Source of the DNA: a virus
Taxonomy: Duplodnaviria; Caudoviricetes
Direction: 5' to 3' (one strand)
Length of the DNA stretch: 64,000 nt
IMG/VR virus record: IMGVR_UViG_3300028591_000109
Coordinates: 77,568 to 141,567 of that record
Shown: positions 1-8,581 of the stretch, piece after piece
Position numbering within the stretch: the stretch's first letter is position 1
How the letters are laid out: every line of letters starts with the position of its first letter
Notes under the pieces: generated by a model
Told to the model about the DNA's origin: nothing
The model's database searches: none
Seen by the model: only the letters and a program-made list of their open reading frames with translations
Made by a program: the position numbers and the translations under genes

Positions 1-145
1 CACCGCGCTCCTGAATCTGCTGGAGCTCGGGAATGTGCTCGGCTAACTTCTCCCACAGGTCACAGACGTTTTCCTTGGCTGTCTGTGCCAGTTCGACGAG
101 CTCGCGCTTGTCTTGCTCGTCACGAAATTCTATTCCGAAAATCAT
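1..145 (-). CDS. Hypothetical protein, runs off the left edge (MIFGIEFRDEQDKRELVELAQ...)
   Basis: ATG in ACGACTATG context at 143-145; frame open to the window edge; last gene of the cassette. Confidence 0.6.
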   Translation of the reverse strand, partial: MIFGIEFRDEQDKRELVELAQTAKENVCDLWEKLAEHIPELQQIQERG

Positions 146-208
146 AGTCGTTGCTGTTTTAAAGGGTTATTACTATCCGAGCGGCAGAACCGCACGGCAC
201 ACAGATCT

Positions 209-766
209 CTACTTGCCCTTCGGCGAGGTGCTGGAAATCTTCTTGTTAAGATCCTGCATCATGGACATCATGGTGTTCATGGTGTTTACCACGTCGCCCA
301 TCTGTCCTTTCAGGTTGGCGATATCCTGCTTCTGCTCTTCCTCCTCTTTGTAGCGAGGATTGAGCGACATCAGGAACTCTTTGCCTTTCACCATAACCGC
401 ATCGTCGTAGGGCCGTTCCTCGATGCGCTTCCTGGCTTTCTGCATCATGGCATCCACAGCGGGCAGCATGCCTTCAGTCGTGCAACTGATAGTAGTCTGT
501 CCGTTGTTGTACGTGGCTGTCGAAGCTGTCGGAGAGAGATTGGAGAACGGAACGTCCTCATTACCCATGTGGACAACAATCTCCACAACGGGCTGCATCA
601 TGTTCGTGCCGGCATAGATACCGGGCGTTGCACCAGGTGTCTGTGTCATGTACATTGGCTTTGGTTCTGGTTTGTTAGCCACCGTTGCAACGGTAAGTTG
701 CGGTTCGGTACCACCTTCCTGAAGAATATAGATGGGAGAACCTTGCTTTAGACTTTGGAAATCCAT
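209..766 (-). CDS. Conserved Bacteroidales phage hypothetical protein (MDFQSLKQG...), C-terminal coiled coil
   Basis: 185 aa ORF, co-oriented in cassette. Confidence 0.75.
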   Translation of the reverse strand: MDFQSLKQGSPIYILQEGGTEPQLTVATVANKPEPKPMYMTQTPGATPGIYAGTNMMQPVVEIVVHMGNEDVPFSNLSPTASTATYNNGQTTISCTTEGMLPAVDAMMQKARKRIEERPYDDAVMVKGKEFLMSLNPRYKEEEEQKQDIANLKGQMGDVVNTMNTMMSMMQDLNKKISSTSPKGK

Positions 767-826
767 GTTGTTTTACTTTTTGTGTTGGTTAATAGCAGGC
801 TGCGGTGTTTCCGCAGCCTGCGGAGA

Positions 827-1171
827 TTAGACGACGGTGCGGCTCATCAGTTGGAGGATGCCATTACCAGCGTCGTTGAAAACAGCGAACACGCCGGTGC
901 CGCCTATCAGCTCAGCCACTGTGACGGGCGTGCCGTCGAAGAGCGTGAGCTGGCGTGTCTGACCGTTGCGGGTCAGCGTGACGGGCAGCGTGGTCGTAGT
1001 ACCGGCAGGAATGGCATCGGTGAGACGCACGGTGAAGTAACCTACGGGCGGCAGCGGACGGCGGTTAAAGCCAAGGGCAATATCTACAGCCGTTGTGCCA
1101 ACGGTTGTGTTGGTGGACTGCAGGTAAGGTATGCCGCTCTGGTTCGTCGGAATATTGAAATTACATCCCAT
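827..1171 (-). CDS. Conserved hypothetical beta-rich protein of the cassette
   Basis: 114 aa ORF. Confidence 0.75.
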   Translation of the reverse strand: MGCNFNIPTNQSGIPYLQSTNTTVGTTAVDIALGFNRRPLPPVGYFTVRLTDAIPAGTTTTLPVTLTRNGQTRQLTLFDGTPVTVAELIGGTGVFAVFNDAGNGILQLMSRTVV

Positions 1172-1187
1172 AGCTCACCTCCTTCCG

Positions 1188-2270
1188 TTAGAAACCGTAG
1201 TTGCCACCGTAGCCGCCAAACATACCGTTAGGATAGATACCGCCGCTGACGTAGGGCGTAGCGTTGACAGCCACCAGGTTCGGGTACTGCACGCTCACCG
1301 TGTTAGGCAGCTTGCACTTGATATCGTCCACTTCCTTGTTCAGTCCTGCGAGGGCTGCGTTGACAGGTCCGAGGCTCTGTCCGACCACGCTGGCGATGTA
1401 CTGGTTCTGGTTCAGTTGACTGATTTCACCCTTCAGGGCGGTGTTCTTGTCGCGCTCAGCCTCCAGTTTGTCCTGCAGCGTCTGGGTCTGCATCTCGGCG
1501 AGTTTGCCGAGGATGGCCTGCGTGTTGCGGTTTGCGCCGTCGGTGAGGGTGTAGGTCTGCTGGCAGGTGGCCAGCTCGTCCTTGCCTGCGTTCAGCGCCA
1601 TCTGAGTCTGAATGCCGGAGAGTCCGCGCTCCACGCCGTTGAAGCCCTGGTTCAGACCCATCTGCACGCCGTTGAAGCCAGTGTTCATGCCCTGCTGCAG
1701 CTGAGATGTCTGTTCGGCGATAGCGAACTTATTATCGCAGCAGCACTGACAGAGTTGCTGACTCAGGGCAGCGTTGCCGCTCTGTATAGCGTTGATGATC
1801 TGCAGCGGGGTCATGCCCTGCTGGGCAGCGATGCTTGACAGCGAACTCTGGATGAGCTGGATGCCGCTGTTGACGAGGTTGAAGTCCTGGCCAAGCATGG
1901 TGCTCAGTGTCTGGGTAGCCGTGCGTGCCTGTTCACCCTGCGAGGTGACGGCCTGCATGATGAGCTCACGCCCGTTGTCGTTGTTCAACTGGTTGGCAAG
2001 GAACCCTACGCCGTTCGCACCGCCCATGCCGCCGAAGCCGCCGTTGCCATTCCATCCGAACATGCTGGCGAGGATACCCATGGCGAACAGTTCGGTGATG
2101 TTGTTCATGTTCATGGCGTTCCAGCCGTAGCCGCCGCCACCGAACCCGAAGCCACCGAGGCCGCCACTCATGCCCGCGCCGAGCATGAAGGGTACGATAC
2201 CGTTGGCAAGCGCATTACCATTACCATTCCCGTTTGAGTCCGGAATGGAAAAAACTTTCATGTCACTCAT
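1188..2270 (-). CDS. Gly/Asn/Gln-rich protein with hydrophobic N-terminus, CQCCC motif and coiled coil
   Basis: Start reassigned to MSDMKVF at 2270, downstream of the promoter at 2343-2350. Confidence 0.75.
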   Translation of the reverse strand: MSDMKVFSIPDSNGNGNGNALANGIVPFMLGAGMSGGLGGFGFGGGGYGWNAMNMNNITELFAMGILASMFGWNGNGGFGGMGGANGVGFLANQLNNDNGRELIMQAVTSQGEQARTATQTLSTMLGQDFNLVNSGIQLIQSSLSSIAAQQGMTPLQIINAIQSGNAALSQQLCQCCCDNKFAIAEQTSQLQQGMNTGFNGVQMGLNQGFNGVERGLSGIQTQMALNAGKDELATCQQTYTLTDGANRNTQAILGKLAEMQTQTLQDKLEAERDKNTALKGEISQLNQNQYIASVVGQSLGPVNAALAGLNKEVDDIKCKLPNTVSVQYPNLVAVNATPYVSGGIYPNGMFGGYGGNYGF

Positions 2271-2342
2271 AATTGTAAAGTGTTTGTGTTGGTTGTGAAT
2301 AATGTGAATTAACTCGTGGGTTGGCAGAGCCGAACCCACGGG

Positions 2343-2350
2343 CAAAGTTA
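2343..2350 (-). promoter_or_regulatory. Bacteroidetes -7 promoter element TAACTTTG for the cassette
   Basis: Matches TAnnTTTG about 70 bp upstream of ATG 2270. Confidence 0.6.
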
Positions 2351-2426
2351 TTCACTAATCACTTGACTATGAAGCAAATGAAAGCATATCACCCGAAGCC
2401 TACGGTTCATCCGTGAAGTGGCGGTT

Positions 2427-2666
2427 TCAATGTCTTCTGTTTACTGACATTTCGAGGTGGTGAAGAATGTTATATACCTGTCTGTCGCTGATGTGATGAC
2501 GCTCAGCCAGCGTTAGGATTACTGCTTTACGAGTGACCATTGTCTCAGACAATTTCAGGTAATCGCGATACAAGTCGCAATACTTGTAATCTTCCAATCG
2601 AATGCCCGCTTCGTTCATTCGTTGAAGTAGCTCCCTGTTAAATTCTACTAAATCTATTATTCGCAT
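2427..2666 (-). CDS. Small HTH (Mor-like) regulator
   Basis: C-terminal LAERHHISDRQVYNIL helix-turn-helix pattern. Confidence 0.6.
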   Translation of the reverse strand: MRIIDLVEFNRELLQRMNEAGIRLEDYKYCDLYRDYLKLSETMVTRKAVILTLAERHHISDRQVYNILHHLEMSVNRRH

Positions 2667-2700
2667 GGTGCAAAAATGTTAATGTTTAAAATATTCTTAT

Positions 2701-2853
2701 TACCTTTGCACCCGCTTCACTTACATTCCAGAGAACTATAAATGTCTGCTGGTCGCGAAGAGGGCATATACTCCCTCCAGCCTCGGCTGGCAGACATTTC
2801 TGTGTTATGATGTAAGTGAAGCGACGGATTAACAGGCTGGTGGGAGTTTTTTT
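2701..2853 (+). ncRNA. Candidate structured small RNA with host-type promoter
   Basis: TACCTTTG at 2701; perfect 14-bp stem 2713-2726/2810-2823; inner stem; loop 2770-2783 complementary to 2834-2847; T-run follows. Confidence 0.5.
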
Positions 2854-2893
2854 ATTTCCTTTCCGTCCACCACGGAAAGGTCTATCGAGAGGG

Positions 2894-3475
2894 TTATGCT
2901 GCGGATGTAACAGCAAGACGTGTAAGCAGCGAGCCGCTGACGGTCACTGCGCAAATCATTTCCGCAAGGAGCACGCCCTTGCCGTCGTACCATCGGGAGG
3001 GATAGATGCGTCCGTTATGAGAGGGCAGCGCGTCGCAGCCATAGACTGCCGCGAACAGCAGCCACGCCAGCAGCCACCACGGGCTGATGAGCAGCACGCA
3101 GGCCTGCGAGAGGATGCCGCCGAGGATGCCGAAGACGTTGTGTGCGCGACGATTAACGTGGCTGTCGCTGATGGGCATTGCCCCGCACAGCATCAGGCAG
3201 GCAAGAGTAGCGAAGGCGAGGATGCGCCAGTCGTCAGGCATCGCCGAGCTGAGAGGTATGCACGTGAGCAGGCTAACGGCCCAAATCCACACGATCCACA
3301 GCCACTGCCAGCCTCTGGGCAGCTCATAGACCAGCGCGGAGATGCTGTCGGGCAGAGCTGCGTTCAGCCGTTCGGAGTAACTCTCTGAAACATCAGTGTC
3401 GCGCCACCGCCTCCAGATGGCAGTCCCCACGTAGAGGACTGCCAGGAGGATGGAAGCTAATACAAGATACGTCAT
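2894..3475 (-). CDS. Multi-pass membrane protein
   Basis: Several hydrophobic Trp/Leu-rich segments. Confidence 0.7.
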   Translation of the reverse strand: MTYLVLASILLAVLYVGTAIWRRWRDTDVSESYSERLNAALPDSISALVYELPRGWQWLWIVWIWAVSLLTCIPLSSAMPDDWRILAFATLACLMLCGAMPISDSHVNRRAHNVFGILGGILSQACVLLISPWWLLAWLLFAAVYGCDALPSHNGRIYPSRWYDGKGVLLAEMICAVTVSGSLLTRLAVTSAA

Positions 3476-3481
3476 AGGCGG

Positions 3482-4045
3482 TTACTCGGCTTGCTGGTTA
3501 TCGTTCTGACTCTGCGACGGGAACAGGGCCTCGTAGGGAGCCCAGTCGATGGCATCCTTCTCCCGCCAGCCTGCGGCCAGCGTCTGGTTGATGTGGGCGA
3601 CGGCCTTCACGTAGAAGTCCTGAGCGCCGGCCATCGTCTCGAAGGTGTGGTAGACGGGCGTGCCGTCCTCCCGCTCGCCCAGCTTGAAGGTGACTGGCAG
3701 CGTCGCGCCCCCGGTCTGCACGGCGAGGTCGTAGGCCGCCTTGAAGTTGAACTGGTTCTCGCTGGAGAGCCACACAGAGACGGACTCCTCTGCGCCTTCG
3801 GGAGTCCATACGAAACCGGAGAGGATCTTCTCGTCGGTGCGGGCGTTGATGTCGGCAAGGATGGCGGCCTTCACGTCGGCAAACGAGATGGTGGCGTGCT
3901 GACGCTTGTAGAGGTAGACCTCATACCAGGAGGCAAGGCCGCCTGCCTGTTCAGGCTGCTGCAGTCCATAACATACGGTGACGCGCGAACCCTCGTCGCG
4001 CAGTGGAGCGTAGTCGCTCACGGGTCCTGTGGTCTTGTTCTTCAT
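3482..4045 (-). CDS. DUF4376-like phage tail-associated protein
   Basis: WLSSENQFNFKAAYDLAVQTGGATLPVTFKLG motif, typical of Bacteroidales phage proteins found after tail-fibre genes. Confidence 0.65.
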   Translation of the reverse strand: MKNKTTGPVSDYAPLRDEGSRVTVCYGLQQPEQAGGLASWYEVYLYKRQHATISFADVKAAILADINARTDEKILSGFVWTPEGAEESVSVWLSSENQFNFKAAYDLAVQTGGATLPVTFKLGEREDGTPVYHTFETMAGAQDFYVKAVAHINQTLAAGWREKDAIDWAPYEALFPSQSQNDNQQAE

Positions 4046-4132
4046 TGTGATAATTATTTAAATGGGTGAATAATGGTTTTATCGGGATGGCTGCGATGGT
4101 ATCGCAGCATACTGGACGGAGGGAGATTTCCG

Positions 4133-4771
4133 CTATGCGGCTCGCTGCATACGGGTCATGTCGGCGTCGAAGTAGCCGATGCGCAGGTACTCGGGACGGA
4201 AAAACAGCTCGCGGCGCAGGCGGTAGCTGGCCGTCTGGCGCAGGATGCCGAGGTAGGAGTTGACCGTGCGCACCACCTTGTCGGGACGGTTGAAGTCCAT
4301 CTCGCGCAGGTGGCGGCGTATGCGCTGCAGCGAGGTCAGGTTGCCGTGATCGTCGGGCATCTGGATGGGCACGTCAATGCGCCCGTCCTCCACGTCGCGC
4401 CAGTCGAGCACCAGTTCCTTGGGCAGGTACTTGTCGAACGACTTCTCCTGGAATCCCACGAAGATGTACTCGCCACCAATGTTCTTGGCGAATTTCTTCA
4501 CTGCCGTGGGCGGAACAATCTCCATGTCGGGGTGCAGGCGCTTCATCTGCGAGGTGATGACCACGGCCACCAGCCACGCGCTCCACTCGTTGGCGTGCCA
4601 GTAGTTTCCGTCGCGCAGCAGGTGAACCACGTTCCACTTCTCAGGTTCCTTCCTGTCGGCCTCGATGGTTTGGATTTCCTGGTTGGTGAATCCCTTCCGC
4701 TCGCCCTGCTGCTTGGGCAGCTGGACTTTGGCAGACGGTTGGTTCTGTTGTTGTGTCTGTGTTGTTGACAT
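4133..4771 (-). pseudogene. Chimeric DGR remnant: accessory (MutS-I-like/MSL-type) N-terminus fused in frame to the C-terminal ~65 aa of a DGR reverse transcriptase
   Basis: N-part VVHLLRDGNYWHANEWSAWL resembles Bacteroidales DGR accessory proteins; C-part VNSYLGILRQTASYRLRRELF resembles the DGR-RT thumb; no YxDD motif; junction near 4333-4345. Confidence 0.7.
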
Positions 4772-4798
4772 ATCTCTATTTGTCTATTATTTTTTCTG

Positions 4799-4892
4799 TT
4801 GGTTTCCTTCGTCCGCCCCACTGCTGCTGTGCCGCGCTGGGGCGCGGCGGTGCAGCAGTGAAGCGCACGAAGGAATGGTTCGGGCGGAAGTA
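4799..4892 (-). promoter_or_regulatory. GC-rich hairpin/cruciform downstream of variable repeat, copy B (DGR target-recognition element)
   Basis: Nested inverted repeats TTCCTTCGT/ACGAAGGAA, CACTGCTGC/GCAGCAGTG and CCGCGC/GCGCGG; identical copy at 6337-6430. Confidence 0.75.
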
Positions 4893-5075
4893 TTACTGGA
4901 CCGGCCGAACCGGGAAACCGCAGTACCGATCGTACGCGCCCTGCGGGCGGACACCATTGGGATAGAAGTACAGGCCCCGGGCGTGGCGAGCCGAATCGAA
5001 CGTCGACGACCAGAAGTAGCCACTGCCCGTGCGATTGACCCACGAACGGCCATAGCCGAGACCGGACGCCGGAAA
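4893..5075 (-). repeat. DGR variable repeat B
   Basis: Differs from 6431-6613 only at codon positions 1 and 2 of NNC/NNT codons. Confidence 0.85.
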
Positions 5076-5786
5076 GAAAAGAAGATTACCGTTGATCTTC
5101 GAGCGCAGATAGAGACCGTTGATGCCGTTCACCGTCACGCGCTTGTCGGCAGCCTTCTTGGCGATGCTGGTCTCTGCCGTCACCACGTTGCCGTCGGCGT
5201 CGATGTAGTCGATATTGGCGAACAGCTCCGCGAAGTCTTCATTGCTTGGCATGCGCCAGGGGGCACCGAGGCAGGCGCGGGCGGCGTCCATCGAGGGAGG
5301 TATATTTCCCGTGAGCGTATTACCCGGCGTGTCGCCGTACACCTGTCCGTCGTACCACGGCTCTGCGGAGTTCACGCTGCCCCAGTTGTAGTCAAAGGCT
5401 GATGTGCTGCTGGGATTGTGTCCGTCGGTGTTGCCCCACGAGAAGAATGAGCACTCGTACTTGAAGGGCGATACTGCGCCGTCCACCTCCTGGAATTTCG
5501 ACGCCGTGGCGAGGTCGATGGAGGCCTTGGCCCAGAGCACGCCGGAGGGCAGGCCCATGTCTACGAAGAGGTCGGTATCGACGTAGGGCTTCTGGTATTC
5601 CAGGATGTCGCTGAGTTTCTTGCCCGTCTTCAGGTCAATAACGGCATCCGTCGAGAGGGGCGTCTTGTTGGCGGGCGTACCGTCGTCGTTGAAGAGCATC
5701 ACCTGTTGAGTTTTGCCGGCGGTGGTGGCTGCCGTGAGGCCGCTCTGCACGGCCTTCAGGGCGTTAAGTTTGGTAATTGTTTCCAT
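4893..5786 (-). CDS. DGR target protein B with C-terminal CLec-type domain (probable receptor-binding protein)
   Basis: FVDMGLPSGVLWA, WRMPS, LFFPASG..YFWSST..GFPVRPVQ motifs; paralogue of 6431-7336. Confidence 0.85.
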   Translation of the reverse strand: METITKLNALKAVQSGLTAATTAGKTQQVMLFNDDGTPANKTPLSTDAVIDLKTGKKLSDILEYQKPYVDTDLFVDMGLPSGVLWAKASIDLATASKFQEVDGAVSPFKYECSFFSWGNTDGHNPSSTSAFDYNWGSVNSAEPWYDGQVYGDTPGNTLTGNIPPSMDAARACLGAPWRMPSNEDFAELFANIDYIDADGNVVTAETSIAKKAADKRVTVNGINGLYLRSKINGNLLFFPASGLGYGRSWVNRTGSGYFWSSTFDSARHARGLYFYPNGVRPQGAYDRYCGFPVRPVQ

Positions 5787-5866
5787 TGCTGTGTTGTATT
5801 GTTTCGTTGTTTACTGTTTCTTTTACAAAGAAGATTGCGGCGGTGCCGTCGACGGCATCCCGTCGG

Positions 5867-6316
5867 CTATGCGCTGACCACCACCGTGCGGATCATCAGT
5901 TCGGCCACGGCCTGCAGCAGCTGCTGGCGGGTGTACTGCTGCCCGTTGGCAGTGTATGTCTCGCCCTCTAATGCCGTTATCCGTGCGTTGAGTTGGCTGA
6001 CCCAGTACTCTATGCTTGCGTCGGTGAATATCTCCCACCCCTCATTGGGCGCCGGGTCGGTGACGACGAACGAGCGCTTACCGTTGACGATGTTCACCAC
6101 GAACTGGCCGTTCTGCACCGTCAGCGTGCAGGGCAGGTTCTGCGTAGCGGCGGTGGCGCGGTAGAGCACGCCGTTGATGCCTACAACGGCGTTATTCGGG
6201 AACGTCGATGCAGGCGTGAGCGTCGAGATGTCCACAGGCAGCAATGCCCCTGCCTCATAAGCCATCTGCAGCTGCCCGAGGTTGACGGCCTTTTCAAGAG
6301 TGTTATTGCTTGGCAT
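5867..6316 (-). CDS. Tail-associated protein, paralogue B (MPSNNTL...)
   Basis: N- and C-termini nearly identical to 7398-7844. Confidence 0.75.
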   Translation of the reverse strand: MPSNNTLEKAVNLGQLQMAYEAGALLPVDISTLTPASTFPNNAVVGINGVLYRATAATQNLPCTLTVQNGQFVVNIVNGKRSFVVTDPAPNEGWEIFTDASIEYWVSQLNARITALEGETYTANGQQYTRQQLLQAVAELMIRTVVVSA

Positions 6317-6336
6317 ATTCTTGTTTTATTTTTCTA

Positions 6337-6430
6337 TTGGTTTCCTTCGTCCGCCCCACTGCTGCTGTGCCGCGCTGGGGCGCGGCGGTGCAGCAGTGAA
6401 GCGCACGAAGGAATGGTTCGGGCGGAAGTA
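6337..6430 (-). promoter_or_regulatory. GC-rich hairpin/cruciform downstream of variable repeat, copy A
   Basis: Identical to 4799-4892. Confidence 0.75.
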
Positions 6431-6613
6431 TTACTGGACCGGCCGAACCGGGAAACCGTTGGACCGATTGATCGCGTACTGCGGGTTGACACCACCGGGA
6501 TAGAAGTTCAGGCTCCGGGCGAGGCGAGCCGAACTGAACGTCGACGACCAGAAGTAGCCATTGCCCGTGCGATTGGTCCACGAACGGCCATTGCCGAAAC
6601 CGGACGCCGGAAA
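6431..6613 (-). repeat. DGR variable repeat A
   Basis: Retains several AAC/AAT codons where copy B is substituted. Confidence 0.85.
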
Positions 6614-7336
6614 GAAAAGAAGATTACCGTTGATCTTCGAGCGCAGGTAGAGGCCGTTGATGCCGTTCACCGTCACGCGCTTGTCGGCAGCCGTCTTGGC
6701 GATGCTGGTCTCTGCCGTCACCACGTTGCCGTCGGCGTCGATGTAGTCGATATTGGCGAACAGCTCCGTGAAGTCCTCATTGCTCGGCATGCGCCAGGGC
6801 GCACCGAGGCAGGCGCGGGCGGCGTCCATCGAGGGCGGAATGTTGCCCGTGAGCGTATTACCCGGCGTGTCGCCGTACACCTGTCCGTCGTAGTAGGGCT
6901 CCTGCTCGTTCACGCCGCCCCAGTTGTAATCAAAAGCGGATGTACTGCTGGGATTGTGTCCGTCGGTGTTGCCCCAAGAGAAGAATGAGCACTCGTACTT
7001 GAAGGGCGATACTGCGCCGTCCACCTCCTGGAATTTCGACGTCGTGGTGAGGTCGATGGAGGCCTTGGCCCAGAGCACGCCGGAGGGCAGGCCCATGTCT
7101 ACGAAGAGGTCGCTGTCGACGTATGGCTTCTGGTATTCCAGGATGTCGCTGAGTTTCTTGCCCGTCTTCAGGTCGATGACGGCATCGGTCGAGAGGGGCG
7201 TCTTGCCGTTAGGTGCTCCGTCGGGTCCGAAGAGCATCTGTGTCTGTGTCTTCAACGCCGTGTCTTGCGCCGTGAGTCCGCTCTGCACGGTCTTCAGCGC
7301 TTGTTGAATGGTTACTGTTCCAACATTGTCTGCCAT
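6431..7336 (-). CDS. DGR target protein A with C-terminal CLec-type domain
   Basis: Same motifs as 4893-5786. Confidence 0.85.
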   Translation of the reverse strand: MADNVGTVTIQQALKTVQSGLTAQDTALKTQTQMLFGPDGAPNGKTPLSTDAVIDLKTGKKLSDILEYQKPYVDSDLFVDMGLPSGVLWAKASIDLTTTSKFQEVDGAVSPFKYECSFFSWGNTDGHNPSSTSAFDYNWGGVNEQEPYYDGQVYGDTPGNTLTGNIPPSMDAARACLGAPWRMPSNEDFTELFANIDYIDADGNVVTAETSIAKTAADKRVTVNGINGLYLRSKINGNLLFFPASGFGNGRSWTNRTGNGYFWSSTFSSARLARSLNFYPGGVNPQYAINRSNGFPVRPVQ

Positions 7337-7397
7337 AATTGTATTGCTTTTTTGTTTTCGTTATTACGTTATATCGTTATTTCATGAGCCACAATGG

Positions 7398-7844
7398 TCA
7401 CTGCGTGACAATGGTTTTATCCATCAGCTCGGCCACGGCCTGCAGTAACTGTCGGCGCGTATATTGTTTTCCGTTGGCGGTGTAGGTCTCGGTCTCCAGT
7501 GCCGAGATTCTTTGGTCGGCCAGCGAGTAGGCGTAGGCCATGCCCGCGTCCATCCACACCTCCCAGTCGGCGTTGACGGTCATGTCCTGCACGACGAAGG
7601 CCTGCTGTCCGTTCACCTCATGGGTGACGAACTTGCCGTCGCTCACCACCATCGTCAGCGGCATCGAGGCCGTGGCCCGCTTGGCGCGGTAGAGCACGCC
7701 GCCGATGCCGATGACGGCGTTCTTCGGGAACGTCGATGCAGGCGTGAGCGTCGAGATGTCTACGGGCAGCAATGCCCCCGCCTCATAAGCCATCTGCAGC
7801 TGCCCGAGGTTGACGGCCTTTTTAAGAGTGTTATTGCTTGGCAT
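7398..7844 (-). CDS. Tail-associated protein, paralogue A (MPSNNTL...)
   Basis: Paralogue of 5867-6316. Confidence 0.75.
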   Translation of the reverse strand: MPSNNTLKKAVNLGQLQMAYEAGALLPVDISTLTPASTFPKNAVIGIGGVLYRAKRATASMPLTMVVSDGKFVTHEVNGQQAFVVQDMTVNADWEVWMDAGMAYAYSLADQRISALETETYTANGKQYTRRQLLQAVAELMDKTIVTQ

Positions 7845-7916
7845 ATTCTTGTTTTGCTGTTAAGGGTGAAGAAAGGAGAGTCCGGACTTTCCGGGCTCTC
7901 CGTGAGCGGAGGAGGT

Positions 7917-8489
7917 TTACTCGCCTGCGGGCAGTCCGAGGGCGGTGCGCACCTCGGCGTCGGTGGCGAACTCGCCCACGATGTAGCCGGCCTCAGAGTG
8001 GTTGCCCCAGCCGTAGGCAGTGTCGGCGTTTGTCAGCGTGGTCTGCACGCCGCTCACCAGCTTGGCCTTGGTGATGGTGCCGTCGGTGGCGGTCACGGTC
8101 ACCTCGTGGGTCGTCGGGTCGATGTTCACGACGAACATGTCGCCCGTCTGCGAGCCGCTGGTGACGTACTCGATCAGGCCCGAAACGTCAACATACTGAT
8201 ACTCGGCAGTGTCGCCCGTGGGGGCTACGTTCACCTTCAGGAAGGTGCCGGGGGTGCCCTCGCCGTCAGCGGCCACGATGCCGATGATGTTGTTAACGTA
8301 GTCCTTCGGAATGTTGATGGTTCCGATGGTCACGCCACCCTTCTTGATGATGGTACTTGACAGGACACCCTCGCCCGGAGTACCGGCTTCGATGGTGATG
8401 TCCTTTGCTGCGCCTGCAGCGTCGATGGCCTGCTTGATGAGGGCCAGGTGCGCCATGTTAAGGGCACTGTTAGCATTGGTCTTTGCCAT
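7917..8489 (-). CDS. Phage structural/tail-associated protein
   Basis: 190 aa, Thr/Gly/Val-rich, GTINIPKD and YVDVSGLI motifs. Confidence 0.65.
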   Translation of the reverse strand: MAKTNANSALNMAHLALIKQAIDAAGAAKDITIEAGTPGEGVLSSTIIKKGGVTIGTINIPKDYVNNIIGIVAADGEGTPGTFLKVNVAPTGDTAEYQYVDVSGLIEYVTSGSQTGDMFVVNIDPTTHEVTVTATDGTITKAKLVSGVQTTLTNADTAYGWGNHSEAGYIVGEFATDAEVRTALGLPAGE

Positions 8490-8581
8490 GTTGTTAAACT
8501 GTTTGTGTTGGTTAAAAAATTAAGTGAACTTTATACTGTCTGGCTGCTGTGATACAGCAGCCTACTGAACAGCCTTTAGCG

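Noticed and set aside
4046-4892. Intact DGR (TR + RT)
   Set aside because: No AAC-rich third copy of the variable repeat and no YxDD RT core were found anywhere in the window.
5350-5400. Second DGR variable patch (GSVNSAEPW versus GGVNEQEPY)
   Set aside because: The changes involve third positions and GAG/CAG/TGG codons, which do not fit AAY mutagenesis.
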